A stretch of DNA of 64,000 bases from Candidatus Bathyarchaeota archaeon (lineage in GTDB: Archaea; Thermoproteota; Bathyarchaeia; Bathyarchaeales; Bathycorpusculaceae), in contig CAWGZR010000005.1 of assembly GCA_963827165.1 (NCBI GenBank), positions 160,001 to 224,000 on the forward strand. The letters run 5' to 3'. The notes below the pieces were generated by a model, which saw only the letters and a program-made list of their open reading frames with translations, ran no database searches and was not told the origin of the DNA. Below are positions 20,973 through 31,036 of the stretch, one piece after another (positions within the stretch are counted from its first letter, which is position 1; the number at the start of each line of letters is the position of its first letter). The translations under genes were made by a program, and so were the position numbers.

Positions 20973-21055
20973 GCCGCCACCAACACCAAAAAGCACACGC
21001 CAGCAAGATTAAAGCATACTCGTTAAGAAACCTTGACTGAACCAAGTCAAGATTT

Positions 21056-21185
21056 GAGACTGTGTGAAAACTCAAAATGAGTTTAGAAAATTGCGTCAAA
21101 TACGTTTTAAATAGTTCTTTAAGTCATCCATTTTTAAATAAAACCAGCAATTTTCTGAAACTAAAATTAGTTTTTACACAGTCTC
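21056..21185. mobile_element. MITE, 130 bp, IS1182-like ends
   Basis: TIR GAGACTGTGT(G/A)AAAACT 16/17, extending imperfectly to ~40 bp; ATTT direct repeat at 21052-55 and 21186-89; no transposase. Confidence 0.85.
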
Positions 21186-21447
21186 ATTTATTGACTAAGA
21201 CGAGAAGGGCTCCCTACAGGGGTTGAAAGTCTCCCTGTAGAGGATGATGGCTTATGGCATATGGCTAAACAAGTGATTTAACATTTGCCGCAACCTGGAC
21301 TCCTTCATCATAGCCACCGCCAAAGCTACAAGCGCAAACTAGTTGTCTGCTTTTCCAGATTGACCTCATGACGTTTAGAAAAAGTTATAGCGTAGGTGAT
21401 CATTAAGCCTAAACTAACTTAGATGAATCTTGGATGGTTACGTTTGG

Positions 21448-22533
21448 ATGCCTGAAATTCGTGTAGCTCTTGTCGGGGTTGGTAACAGCGCTTGTGCCCT
21501 GGTTCAGGGTACCCAGTATTATAAGGATGCTAAAGAAGACACCACTGTGCCTGGTTTGATGCATGTCAATTATGGCGGCTATCATATCCGCGACATACAC
21601 TTCGTCGCCGCCTTCGAAGTTAACAAAGACAAAATCGGCAAAGACCTCTCCGAAGCTATTTGGATTAAACCTAACGTATGCGAAAAATTCAGCGACGTCC
21701 CAAACCTGGGCGTAAAAGTTTCGCCAGGCATCATTCTTGATGGCGCAGCACCTCACATGCGTGAAACCTTCAATGTTTATGATGACAGCAAAACCTCAAA
21801 AGAAAGCATCGTTAAAATCCTCAAAGACGCCAAAACACAGGTTCTCGTCAATTATCTTCCAGTTGGAAGCCACGACGCTGTCCGATTCTACGCTCAATGC
21901 GCCATAGACGCGGGATGCGCCATGGTGAATTGTATGCCTGAATTCATCGGTTCAGACAAGAGCGGGGAGTGGCCTAAGAAATTTGAGAGTGCAGGCTTAC
22001 CAGTCCTTGGCGACGATATTAAGAGTCAAGTTGGCGCCACAATCTTGCATCGCACCCTTGTGCGGTTGTGTTTAGATCGAGGAACGATTGTCGATGAGAC
22101 CTATCAACTTAACCTTGGTGGCGACACAGACTTCCAAAACATGACTGTTGAAAACCGCCTCACATCAAAGCGCATCAGCAAAACCGAAGCCGTCACCAGT
22201 CTCGTTCCCTATAACCTGCCAACACGCATTGGACCCAGCGATTATGTGCCGTTCTTGAAAAACAAGAAAATCTGCTATATCTCACTTAAAACCCGAGCGT
22301 TCGGCAACCGCCCCATAACCATCAGCGCAAAACTTGAAGTTGAAGATTCACCCAACAGCGCAGGCGTAGTTATCGACCTCATCCGCGCTGCAAAAATCGC
22401 ACTTGACCGCAAAATCTCCGGCACCCTCATCAGCATGTCTTCCTACGCGTTTAAGCACCCTCCAGTTCAGGTTCCTGACTCGCAAGCGAGGCAATGGACG
22501 GAAGATTGGATCGCGGGCAAACGCGAACGCTAG
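21448..22533 (+). CDS. ino1: myo-inositol-1-phosphate synthase
   Basis: GVGNSA.ALVQG, NYLPVGS, GDDIKSQVGAT, DSPNSAGV. Confidence 0.95.
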   Translation: MPEIRVALVGVGNSACALVQGTQYYKDAKEDTTVPGLMHVNYGGYHIRDIHFVAAFEVNKDKIGKDLSEAIWIKPNVCEKFSDVPNLGVKVSPGIILDGAAPHMRETFNVYDDSKTSKESIVKILKDAKTQVLVNYLPVGSHDAVRFYAQCAIDAGCAMVNCMPEFIGSDKSGEWPKKFESAGLPVLGDDIKSQVGATILHRTLVRLCLDRGTIVDETYQLNLGGDTDFQNMTVENRLTSKRISKTEAVTSLVPYNLPTRIGPSDYVPFLKNKKICYISLKTRAFGNRPITISAKLEVEDSPNSAGVVIDLIRAAKIALDRKISGTLISMSSYAFKHPPVQVPDSQARQWTEDWIAGKRER

Positions 22534-22624
22534 TATCTCCTGTTTAATTTTCAAAAATAGTTTCGGAGTCACGCCTTTTTTTGGGACTCCGCTTTGCCAT
22601 CTCTAAGTTTCTTTAACTTTTTTG

Positions 22625-22975
22625 CTATTGACTTTTGTTGACTATTACAGACTACTATTGACTATTAACGACTATCACAGACTATTAAAGACTGAACCTG
22701 TAACCAATCCAAGCCCAAAATCAAAAAAGCAACCCAAACCACAAAGAAAAAAATTTCCGCGTGAAAAATCAACTGTCCGCCCATCTTTCTACAGGCTTCT
22801 CCATTGCCTTTTTGAGGATGATTGATGCAAACAAATCAAGCCCCAAACTAAAAAACCAAGCCAAAACACAACACAAAAACGCTAAGACTTCACTGAAAAA
22901 ACTCCGAAGCATAAACTTAAATTTTCCAAAAAATGCCAAGGCAAAAGCACCCAAAAAAGCGCTGATTCAGCTTTG
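22625..22975 (+). repeat. dispersed intergenic element copy B
   Basis: GACT every 10 bp at 22630-22693 (7 units); core at 22695-22745 (21/23 match to the A/C 23-mer); second core at ~22825-22870. Confidence 0.75.
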
Positions 22976-23042
22976 TATGAAAGCTTTTTTAGCTTGAAAA
23001 CCCAAAATGGATACGGGTTAGTCTTTAGAAGGTTTGATATGC

Positions 23043-23459
23043 ATGGTTAAAGTTGATTCGTATGAAGTGCCTGAAGGGCTTTATTTCTCCAAAGATTTTG
23101 AGTGGATAAAAGTTGAAGGCGACAAAATCCGAATGGGAATCACGGATTACGCGCAGAAGTCGCTTAGGGAAATCGTTTATGCCGAGTTGCCAAGCGTGGG
23201 CACGCAGGTTAAGCAGGATGAACCCTACGGGACATTGGAATCGGTCAAAGCCGTCTCTGACCTTGTAGCGGCGGCAAGCGGAACCATCCTGGAAGTCAAC
23301 GATGAAGTCCAATCCAAACCCGAAACCCTAAACGAAGACCCATACGGCAAAGGCTGGTTACTCGTCATCAAACCCTCAAACCTGCAGGCAGAACTCGCAA
23401 ACCTCATGGACTTTAACAAAGCCGTCGAGTGGCATCAGAACCAAGCCAAATCCAAATAG
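23043..23459 (+). CDS. gcvH: glycine cleavage H protein (lipoyl carrier)
   Basis: GITDYAQ, ESVKAVSD lipoyl-Lys motif, DPYGKGWL. Confidence 0.9.
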   Translation: MVKVDSYEVPEGLYFSKDFEWIKVEGDKIRMGITDYAQKSLREIVYAELPSVGTQVKQDEPYGTLESVKAVSDLVAAASGTILEVNDEVQSKPETLNEDPYGKGWLLVIKPSNLQAELANLMDFNKAVEWHQNQAKSK

Positions 23460-23473
23460 GAAAGGGCAAGCAA

Positions 23474-24820
23474 ATGCCAAGACGCGTAATTGTAATCGGC
23501 GCCAACGCCGCAGGCGTAGAAGCAGCCTCAGCCGCACGCAAAAAAGACCGTACAGCAGAAATCACCCTTATAACGCAGGAGAAAACCGCTGGGTACTCAC
23601 GCTGCGGCTTACCCTTCGTAATCGGCGGCCAAATCCCCAACTTCAACGACTTAGTTGTTTATCCACCAGCATATTTCCAGATGCTAAAGCTGAACCTGCG
23701 AAACCTAACAAAAGCCACAGCAATTAACACTAAAGAAAAAACTGTCACCATCCAAACCAAAGAAGGACCAACCGAAGTTCTACAGTACGACAGCCTTGTC
23801 ATCTCCACCGGCGCGGACTCTTTTACTCCGCCTATTAAGGGCAGAGAAAAGCAGGGAGTGCTGAGTCTTCGTGGCATAGAAGACGGCGAAAAAATCGATG
23901 CTGCAGTTAAGGCAGGTGCGAAATCCGCGGTTATCATGGGCGCTGGCTTAATCGGGTTGGAACTCGGCGTTGCGTTGATAGAGCGTGGGTTGCAGGTTAC
24001 GGTGGTTGAGATGTTGCCTCAGATTTTGCCTCAGTTGCTTGACGCGGACATGGCGCAGCTGGTTGCGGCACATCTTCAGGAGAAGGGCATGCGCATTCTA
24101 ACAAGCAAGCCTGTTGAAGAGTTTCTCGGCGAAGACAAAGTCACAGCTGTTATGGCTGGAGGCGAAAAAATTGAAGCGGACCTCTTCGTCAGCTCTTTTG
24201 GCGTGAGAGCCAACACGAAACTAGCCGTGGACGCAGGCATACCCTTGGGCGAGACACGAGCGATCAAAACGAACTCGCGAATGGAAACTGACGTGAAAGA
24301 CGTTTACGCTGTAGGCGACTGCGCCGAAGCCCCAAACATCATTACACACAAGGCAACTTGCGCTCAACTCGGCACTATCGCGGTTCGGGAAGGCAAAGTT
24401 GCGGGTGCAAACGCAGGCGGCGGCTACGCGCAGTTCACAGGCGTCCTAGCGTCCGCTGTTACCCGACTCTTCGACGTAGAAGCGGGTTCAACAGGCATAA
24501 GCGAAACAGCGGCTGCCCGAAACAGAATCGAGGTAATCACAGGCACGATTAGCAGCAAAACAAAAGCCGACTACTACCCTACGGCAAAACCCATCAAAGT
24601 CAAGCTGATCGTTGAGAAAGAGTCCGAACGCATAATCGGAGCCCAAATAATCGGCGGCGAAGAAGTAACACAACGCATAAACGCCCTCAGCTTCGCGATA
24701 CAGAAAAACATGAGCGTTCGGGAACTTGCGAAAGCAGACACAGCTTATGCGCCGCCACTATGCGAAACATGGGAACCCATGGTCCTAGCCGCGGAAATGG
24801 TGTTAATGAAACTGCGTTAA
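23474..24820 (+). CDS. NADH oxidase / CoA-disulfide reductase family flavoprotein
   Basis: GANAAG, YSRCGLP single redox Cys, GAGLIG, AVGD, YAPP. Confidence 0.9.
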   Translation: MPRRVIVIGANAAGVEAASAARKKDRTAEITLITQEKTAGYSRCGLPFVIGGQIPNFNDLVVYPPAYFQMLKLNLRNLTKATAINTKEKTVTIQTKEGPTEVLQYDSLVISTGADSFTPPIKGREKQGVLSLRGIEDGEKIDAAVKAGAKSAVIMGAGLIGLELGVALIERGLQVTVVEMLPQILPQLLDADMAQLVAAHLQEKGMRILTSKPVEEFLGEDKVTAVMAGGEKIEADLFVSSFGVRANTKLAVDAGIPLGETRAIKTNSRMETDVKDVYAVGDCAEAPNIITHKATCAQLGTIAVREGKVAGANAGGGYAQFTGVLASAVTRLFDVEAGSTGISETAAARNRIEVITGTISSKTKADYYPTAKPIKVKLIVEKESERIIGAQIIGGEEVTQRINALSFAIQKNMSVRELAKADTAYAPPLCETWEPMVLAAEMVLMKLR

Positions 24821-24859
24821 GCAGTTTTCCTTTTTGTTTTTTGTTCGGTTCTTTTGGGT

Positions 24860-26689
24860 TTAGATTAGGTAGGCTTCTGTGATGTACCTTCGCACAACCC
24901 ACTGCGTCTGGAAGTAGTATGCAATTTTTGCGATGGAGTTTTTCATAAGATTTATCCAGGCGTCTTTCTGCCTGTAGAATGTTGGAATGATTAGATATTC
25001 GAGTTTGCTGTAGAGGTCTTGGAGCTCTATTTCTCTTCTTTCATTTTCAGCCAACAATTCTCTTGGGTGTGGACCTATTGCCCAACCGGTCACGCCTTCT
25101 ATGCAACCTTCCATCCACCAACCGTCTAGGACACTGAAATTTACGACACCGTTGTGTGCGGCTTTCATCCCGCTGGTTCCAGAAGCCTCAAAAGGCGGCA
25201 AGGGCGTGTTGAGCCAGACGTCAACACCTGAAGTGAGTTTAGCCGCGATGTCCATGTCATAGTTTTCAAGGTAAACTATCCGGACTTGATCTTTAAGTGT
25301 TCGTGCGTAGTCGTGGATTTGTCTTATAAGTCCCTTACCGTCGGTGTCCCTTGGGTGCGCTTTTCCCGCGAATATCATCTGGATTTTTTCTTTTCGATTG
25401 ATGTCCGTTAACCTATGTAAATCGGAGAAGATGAGGGTTGAACGTTTGTATCCAGTGGCTCTTCTAGCGAAACCTATTGTCAATGCTTGAGGATCCAGCG
25501 TTACCCCGTTGGCTTTTTCAACGAAGTTCAGCAGGTCCGTTTTTGCTTTTGAGTGGGCATCCCAAACTTCCCGGTTAGGAATCTCGCTGGCTTTAGCAAG
25601 AAGTATGGGTTCGTTAGTCCAGCCTGGAATGTACTTGTCGAAAAGTTGCCTGAAATAAAGGTTCGTCCATGTAGCCGAGTGAACCCCGTTCGTGACTGCT
25701 CGGATGTAGCGACCTGGAAAAAGCTTTCTGGAGTAATCAACGTGCGCCAGGGAGACACCGTTGATGTATTTGCTTAAGTTTAATGCTAGAAAAGCCATGT
25801 TGAGGTTTTCTGGTCCCGCATACTGCTTCATTTCAGCCAGCGGGTATTCTTTGCCAAGCATCTGTTGGACAAGTTCATAGGAAAATTGATCAAAAGCTGC
25901 TTCTACTGGGCTATGTGTTGTGAAAACGCAAAGGTTTTGGACTTTTTCTGCGTCCATGCCATTCTCTTTCAGCAACTCAAGCGTCAAGAGACTGGAGTGA
26001 CCTTCGTTCATATGGTACTTTCGGATTTTGAAGGGCAAGTTCCTCAGAAGTTTAGTTCCGCCAATGCCGAGAACGATCTCCTGTTTTAATCTGTAGCTTT
26101 TGTCGCCACCGTATAATGTATCAGTGATCCTTCGGTCTTCAGGAGAGTTTTCTTCCATATCCGTGTCCAAAAACAGAATTGGAACCATTCCGCCGGTGAC
26201 ACTCTGGTACTCATGAAGCCAAGCTTGCACTTTTACCGGGCGCCCTTCGAGGGTTAAGGTTACAACGTTGGGCATTCTAGTTAATGTTTTGGCTGGGTCC
26301 CACTCGTCGGGAAACTCAAGTTGCTCCCCCTGCTCAGTGATTTTTTGCCTGAAGTAGCCCTTCCTGCTTGCGAGTGTGATGGCAATCATCTGGAGTCGTA
26401 GGTCTGCGCTGGATTTCACTATGTCCCCGGCCAAAACGCCTAAGCCGCCGCTATACGTCGGCATTTTACTTGAAATACCAATTTCCATGGAGAAGTAGGC
26501 AATTCGGCGATCTTCTAAAAAGTGTCGTTGGCAGTTTTCGCTGCAGAAACAGTGTTTTTTGCCTCCGAAACTTTCGCATGCCGCTTCGATCTTTGTTGCC
26601 AAATTCTCTGATTCTATTTGGATTCCGCAAACTGGGCATCTCAAAAACACAGAATCAGCCAAATTTGACACCCAACGAACAACACCCAT
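24860..26689 (-). CDS. glgP: alpha-glucan phosphorylase with N-terminal YHS/TRASH domain
   Basis: CPVCG...FCSENC then AYFSME, YSGGLGVLAGD, EASGTSGMKA. Confidence 0.9.
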   Translation of the reverse strand: MGVVRWVSNLADSVFLRCPVCGIQIESENLATKIEAACESFGGKKHCFCSENCQRHFLEDRRIAYFSMEIGISSKMPTYSGGLGVLAGDIVKSSADLRLQMIAITLASRKGYFRQKITEQGEQLEFPDEWDPAKTLTRMPNVVTLTLEGRPVKVQAWLHEYQSVTGGMVPILFLDTDMEENSPEDRRITDTLYGGDKSYRLKQEIVLGIGGTKLLRNLPFKIRKYHMNEGHSSLLTLELLKENGMDAEKVQNLCVFTTHSPVEAAFDQFSYELVQQMLGKEYPLAEMKQYAGPENLNMAFLALNLSKYINGVSLAHVDYSRKLFPGRYIRAVTNGVHSATWTNLYFRQLFDKYIPGWTNEPILLAKASEIPNREVWDAHSKAKTDLLNFVEKANGVTLDPQALTIGFARRATGYKRSTLIFSDLHRLTDINRKEKIQMIFAGKAHPRDTDGKGLIRQIHDYARTLKDQVRIVYLENYDMDIAAKLTSGVDVWLNTPLPPFEASGTSGMKAAHNGVVNFSVLDGWWMEGCIEGVTGWAIGPHPRELLAENERREIELQDLYSKLEYLIIPTFYRQKDAWINLMKNSIAKIAYYFQTQWVVRRYITEAYLI

Positions 26690-26904
26690 CAGTCCGCATT
26701 CATATATGTGTATTGCTTAAGCTTTCTGGACCATTAAAATCGGCGAAAAGTGAAACCCTGAATGATGCTCAGCTTGAAGAACAACAAAAACCAAAAATGC
26801 TTGTCGTTCTTCTTTGCTTAAGTTGACCAAAAGGCCTCGCTGGGTTGAAGACATTTAGATGTCCTATACGGAAGTTTTGTTTTAGGCTTATCAGTTTTTT
26901 CTGG

Positions 26905-27363
26905 TTAGCCTATTTCTGATGTTCCTGGTTGCGTGAATGGCTCGGTCATGCCGACAAGCAGTTTCCCGAAAGTGTTGATGTGTGTTTCCTCATCCGCAAG
27001 AATTTCCTCAAGCAGCCGCCTTGTTGTGTAGTCGCCTTCTTGATGTGCTAGCTGGATTGCTTGCTTGTAGAGTTCGATAGCGTCTTCCTCATCGCGCTGG
27101 TCCTGCATAAGCATCTCGATTAAGCTGCTGCCGACGAAGATTGGGTCGGGCTTAGCGGTGGGGACACCGTTGAGGTAGTCAAGCCGTTCAGCAAGACGCT
27201 CGGCATGCTTCATTTCAGCGATAGCTATCTTGCGGAAGATATCTTCGACAACCACGCCATCCAACCCCGTAACTTGAATATGCTGCCACATATATTGGAT
27301 GCTTACTTGAAGCTCGCGGGCTATAGCTTTGTTCAAAAAATCCAAGAGTCTTTCAGAGACCAA
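26905..27363 (-). CDS. ferritin-like / bacterioferritin-related protein
   Basis: EL...QY, EMKHAE, EE.AI..Y, DEETH di-iron ligands. Confidence 0.85.
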   Translation of the reverse strand: MVSERLLDFLNKAIARELQVSIQYMWQHIQVTGLDGVVVEDIFRKIAIAEMKHAERLAERLDYLNGVPTAKPDPIFVGSSLIEMLMQDQRDEEDAIELYKQAIQLAHQEGDYTTRRLLEEILADEETHINTFGKLLVGMTEPFTQPGTSEIG

Positions 27364-27502
27364 AATTAATCACCTAAAAAACCTAAACGGAGCTTGATAT
27401 ATAAACAAGCCTCAATTCGAAGGAAGCTAACCTGCCTTTCCATGTCAAAACTACTGGAGGGCGGGTTTAACGCTTAAAAGCAGATTGACAGTATTTTGAC
27501 AC

Positions 27503-28061
27503 ATGGCTTCCCAGTCGATCAGTCCTTTTCAGGCTTTCTTAATGGTTTTGCTGATTATTTTCAAGAGAGCTCGTTTATGGTTGTGAAGCAACTTTTGGAT
27601 GCAGGATTAACTCCTGTTGCCGTTGCAACGTTTAGGTTTCTGGTCGCTGGAGCCTTCTTTTGTGGGCAGCCTACAGTTTGCTTGGGCAGAAAATTATGCA
27701 GAAATATGACGCTTTCCTCGTTGTCTCATACGTCAGCCTTCTTGGCGGTCTCTGCTTGATTCCTTTTTCCTTGGCTCAAAACTCCTTCAGCTTGCTTTTG
27801 ACAATGAACGCGATTGAATGGCTGGATATACTTTACCTATCTGTGACCTGTTCACTTCTCGGCTACTTCATCTGGTTCTACGTGCTCAAGAAAGCTGGGG
27901 CTAAAGCCAGCACTTTTCTCTTTGCCGAACCATTGATAACGGCAGTTTTCGCCGTAATGTTCGTTAGCGAAACGCTTTACCCTTCAGTGATTGTTGGCGC
28001 GGTTTTGATTTTCGTTGGCGTTTTCTTGGTTACATTTTACAAGGGGAACAAACAGAATTGA
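27503..28061 (+). pseudogene. EamA/DMT transporter relic
   Basis: N-terminal fragments (RFLVAG) in shifting frames joined directly to the C-terminal half (WAAYS...EPL...G..LI); internal deletion. Confidence 0.75.
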
Positions 28062-28156
28062 ATCCTCCATGCCTCGGCAAGGTAAATTCTAATATTACCC
28101 AACGCATTTCCTTAAGCCAAACAGCTTAAATCAAGCCTTGAATAAGCAAACTGTGC

Positions 28157-28231
28157 GGGCCGGTCGTCTAGCCTGGTTAGGACGTTGGCTTTACACGCCA
28201 AAGGTCGCCGGTTCAAGTCCGGCTCGGCCCA
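28157..28231 (+). tRNA. tRNA-Val (TAC)
   Basis: GGGCCGG...TTGGC-TTTACAC-GCCAA...GGTTCAAGTCC...TCGGCCCA cloverleaf. Confidence 0.95.
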
Positions 28232-28324
28232 CCTTAACCTTTTAAGAGCCAAAAGACTCAGTCCCCGGTCTTAAGTAAGTACATATATGCATGTATGTAT
28301 ACATGTGTAATTGAGGTATTACAG

Positions 28325-28570
28325 TTGGTCAGAGTGATATCGATATCTGATGAAGTCTATTTTGAGCTGTCACGAATTAAAAACGGAATGTCGTTTACAG
28401 AGCTACTTAAGACTCTAATTGAGAAATGTGAGAATAAAGGCGATCCAAAAAGAATCCTTGATTTCTTGAATTCGCATGAAGCCTTAAGTGAAGATAGCGC
28501 CGAGAAAATAACTGCTGAAATAGAGAAAAGCAGAAAACATGCTTTCCAACGAAAAATCTTGATCGAGTGA
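28325..28570 (+). CDS. VapB-type antitoxin
   Basis: VISISDEVY.EL...K..MSF.EL; upstream of the PIN gene; TACA/TGTA repeats in the promoter (28279-28309). Confidence 0.8.
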   Translation: MVRVISISDEVYFELSRIKNGMSFTELLKTLIEKCENKGDPKRILDFLNSHEALSEDSAEKITAEIEKSRKHAFQRKILIE

Positions 28571-28574
28571 TGCA

Positions 28575-28949
28575 ATGGTAATTCTCGATTCATCTATAAT
28601 CATTGATGCATTAAGAAAAAAGAAATCCGCCCTGGACTTGATAGAAGCCTACGCCGAAAAAGAACAAATTGCAATTACAGTTATCAACAAGTATGAAATA
28701 TTGCGAGGAGCAGTTAAGAAAGACGCAGAATTGGTTTCAGGGTTGATCAGCCAATTTCTAATCTACGACTTAGAGGATTCTATTGTGAACGAAGCGGTAA
28801 ATGCACATAAAAAGCTAGTTGAAAAAGGCAAGATGGTGAATGAGCTTGACGTGCTAATAGCGGGCATAGCCATTGCAAACAATGAAACGCTAATAACAAA
28901 AGACAAAGATTTCCTCAGCTTTCAAAGCTCAAAAATAATAGTACTTTAA
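28575..28949 (+). CDS. vapC: VapC/PIN toxin
   Basis: ILDSS..ID, YEILRG, DVLIAG, TKDKDF. Confidence 0.9.
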   Translation: MVILDSSIIIDALRKKKSALDLIEAYAEKEQIAITVINKYEILRGAVKKDAELVSGLISQFLIYDLEDSIVNEAVNAHKKLVEKGKMVNELDVLIAGIAIANNETLITKDKDFLSFQSSKIIVL

Positions 28950-29282
28950 GGTACTTCGCTGAAACTAAAAATGATTTATTCTCTAAATTAAAAGGTAAAG
29001 TGTTTACTCTTTTAGTTTAGGCATTATCTTCGTTGCCCATTCGGTTTTTGTAGCGTAGATTTGACGCAGCTTCGGACTAGCGGTTACAGTCCATGGTTTG
29101 ATTAATGCGCGTCTTTTAGCTCGACCAGCAGAGTTTCTTGATTTGGGTTGCCCTTTCCTTTTTGTTTTATAGTTTTCAGGGTTCATATCGAATCGCTGCT
29201 CATAAATGCTCGATATCTAGCATATAGGGGTTTGCCCTCTTTTTTCTTTTTACTCGAGTTTACGGTTGATATGAATGGTTCC

Positions 29283-29678
29283 TTACTGAGAAGTTTCGGC
29301 GCGACAAGTGTTAAACAGTGGGCTGGAAATTATCATGTCTGCTGTCGCTCTGTTGCAGGCTGTCGGAACATTGTACAACACCGCCAGTCTAAGAACCGCT
29401 TTAACATCAACATCATGAGGCTGAGATTCCAGAGGATCCCAAAAGAATATGAGAATATCCAGTTTGTCGTTGGCAATCAAGGCTCCAAGCTCCATGTCTC
29501 CGCCGTAAGGTCCGCTTTTGAGCAGTTTTATCTGCAATCCTGTTTTGTCAATTATCTGCTGACCCGTGGTTCCCGTAGCGTAGAGACAATAGTGAGATAG
29601 CGTTCCCTTATTGAAGTCGCACCATTCAACGATGTCTCTTTTCTTGTTGTCATGTGCGACCAATGCAATACTCTTCAT
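29283..29678 (-). CDS. mgsA: methylglyoxal synthase
   Basis: IALVAHDNKK, ATGTTG, SGPYGGD, PHDVDVKA. Confidence 0.95.
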   Translation of the reverse strand: MKSIALVAHDNKKRDIVEWCDFNKGTLSHYCLYATGTTGQQIIDKTGLQIKLLKSGPYGGDMELGALIANDKLDILIFFWDPLESQPHDVDVKAVLRLAVLYNVPTACNRATADMIISSPLFNTCRAETSQ

Positions 29679-30099
29679 GAATGTTCCTGCTCTCTTGTTT
29701 TGGAGCCTAAATGAGGCATTAGATAAAAACATGCTTGAATTTGTCGGGTAATTCATTGAATGTTTCTGTCCTTTTTTAACGTGGAGAAGCCGAGCAGAAG
29801 ATCCACAAGATTGGGCATTGGAATTCAATAAACTAGGGTATTTGATTTAAGGTGATTACAGCCATCACCTGAGAAGCTTCATTATTGAACAAATAAGCAT
29901 CAGTTACTCATGCCCATAATAGCCCATGACGATCTTGAAAACGGAAAATGAATGGAGAAAAAATCGGTTAACAGGTAACTAGCCTATATACTAAAACAGC
30001 ACATAACATCTTGTTGTGGGGAGTATTTAGAAGGGTAAACCCTGCCTCGAACTTGCTCGCAATATAGTTTCTGGCAAAACATTTAGGGAGTTTAAAGAT

Positions 30100-30726
30100 T
30101 TGAATCAGAAAAAAACAACAATAATGGAGTATCTCGCGTTTCTATCCGTAAAAGAAGGCGTCTACCTGCAAGAACTTCATCGCGCCATGGTTGAAGCGAA
30201 AGAAAAGGGAAAATCAAGCTGCCAAAACTTGACTGTTGAATACCGCGGCAGTGTAAAAGATGAAGCCATCTTTCTGATTACAAAAAGCACCAAAGTAATA
30301 GTTCAGTTTAGGCTTGCTCAGGAAATTCTACTTAGAAAAAACATCAGCTTCGAAACTTGGATGGACACCGACAAGATACGCCGCCAAATGAACAAACAAA
30401 ATGAATCACCAAAAACCTCCCTGATGGTTCAAAACCTCCGGCATGGAATGAAGAAAGTCAATTTGGAAGCGAAGGTTCTTGAAACTCAAAAGCCCTCGAT
30501 AGTTCAAACGCGCTATGGAAACAGCGCCAGAGTGACCAATGCGTTGATAGCTGATGAAACGGGAAAAATCAAGCTTTGCCTCTGGAATGAACAAGCAGAT
30601 AATCTTGCAGTTGGGGACACCGTGCAGATTAGGAACGCTTCAGTTTCGACTTTTAAAGGTGAAAGACAGGTGCGCCTTGGAAAAACCGCGACTCTTAACG
30701 TTCTGCAAAACCAGCTCGCTTTGTAA
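30100..30726 (+). CDS. OB-fold ssDNA-binding (SSB/RPA-like) protein with N-terminal extension
   Basis: C-terminal IADETGKIKLCLWN...GD.V.I.NA. Confidence 0.8.
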   Translation: MNQKKTTIMEYLAFLSVKEGVYLQELHRAMVEAKEKGKSSCQNLTVEYRGSVKDEAIFLITKSTKVIVQFRLAQEILLRKNISFETWMDTDKIRRQMNKQNESPKTSLMVQNLRHGMKKVNLEAKVLETQKPSIVQTRYGNSARVTNALIADETGKIKLCLWNEQADNLAVGDTVQIRNASVSTFKGERQVRLGKTATLNVLQNQLAL

Positions 30727-31036
30727 AACAACGAAAGAATCAAGGAAAAAACATAACTTCCCAGTTGCGAATTTCGGCTTTCAAGCATCGTCCTAAATAG
30801 TAATCAGATCAAAAACAACGCGGTCAACCGGAAGCAGTGATTAAATGGAAATTTATCAATTGGGCATTAATTTTCCAGGGCACATTTCTTCTTTTCACCC
30901 ATTTAGTTAAGACAAGTAAAAACACTTACGAAAAAAGCTATCTAGATATCCCTAAATACCTTGTCTTACTTTCCTTTTTTCAAAGCAATTAATCCGTCAG
31001 ACTCTACATGATAGAGATTTAGTTAAGGTTGAAATC

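Noticed and set aside
22622-22997. ORFs 22622..22825 and 22761..22997 as proteins
   Set aside because: They are translations of the repeat element; the frames are not kept open in copies A and C.
29679-29828. N-terminal extension of MgsA
   Set aside because: Homology begins at MKSIALVAHD; the upstream sequence looks intergenic.
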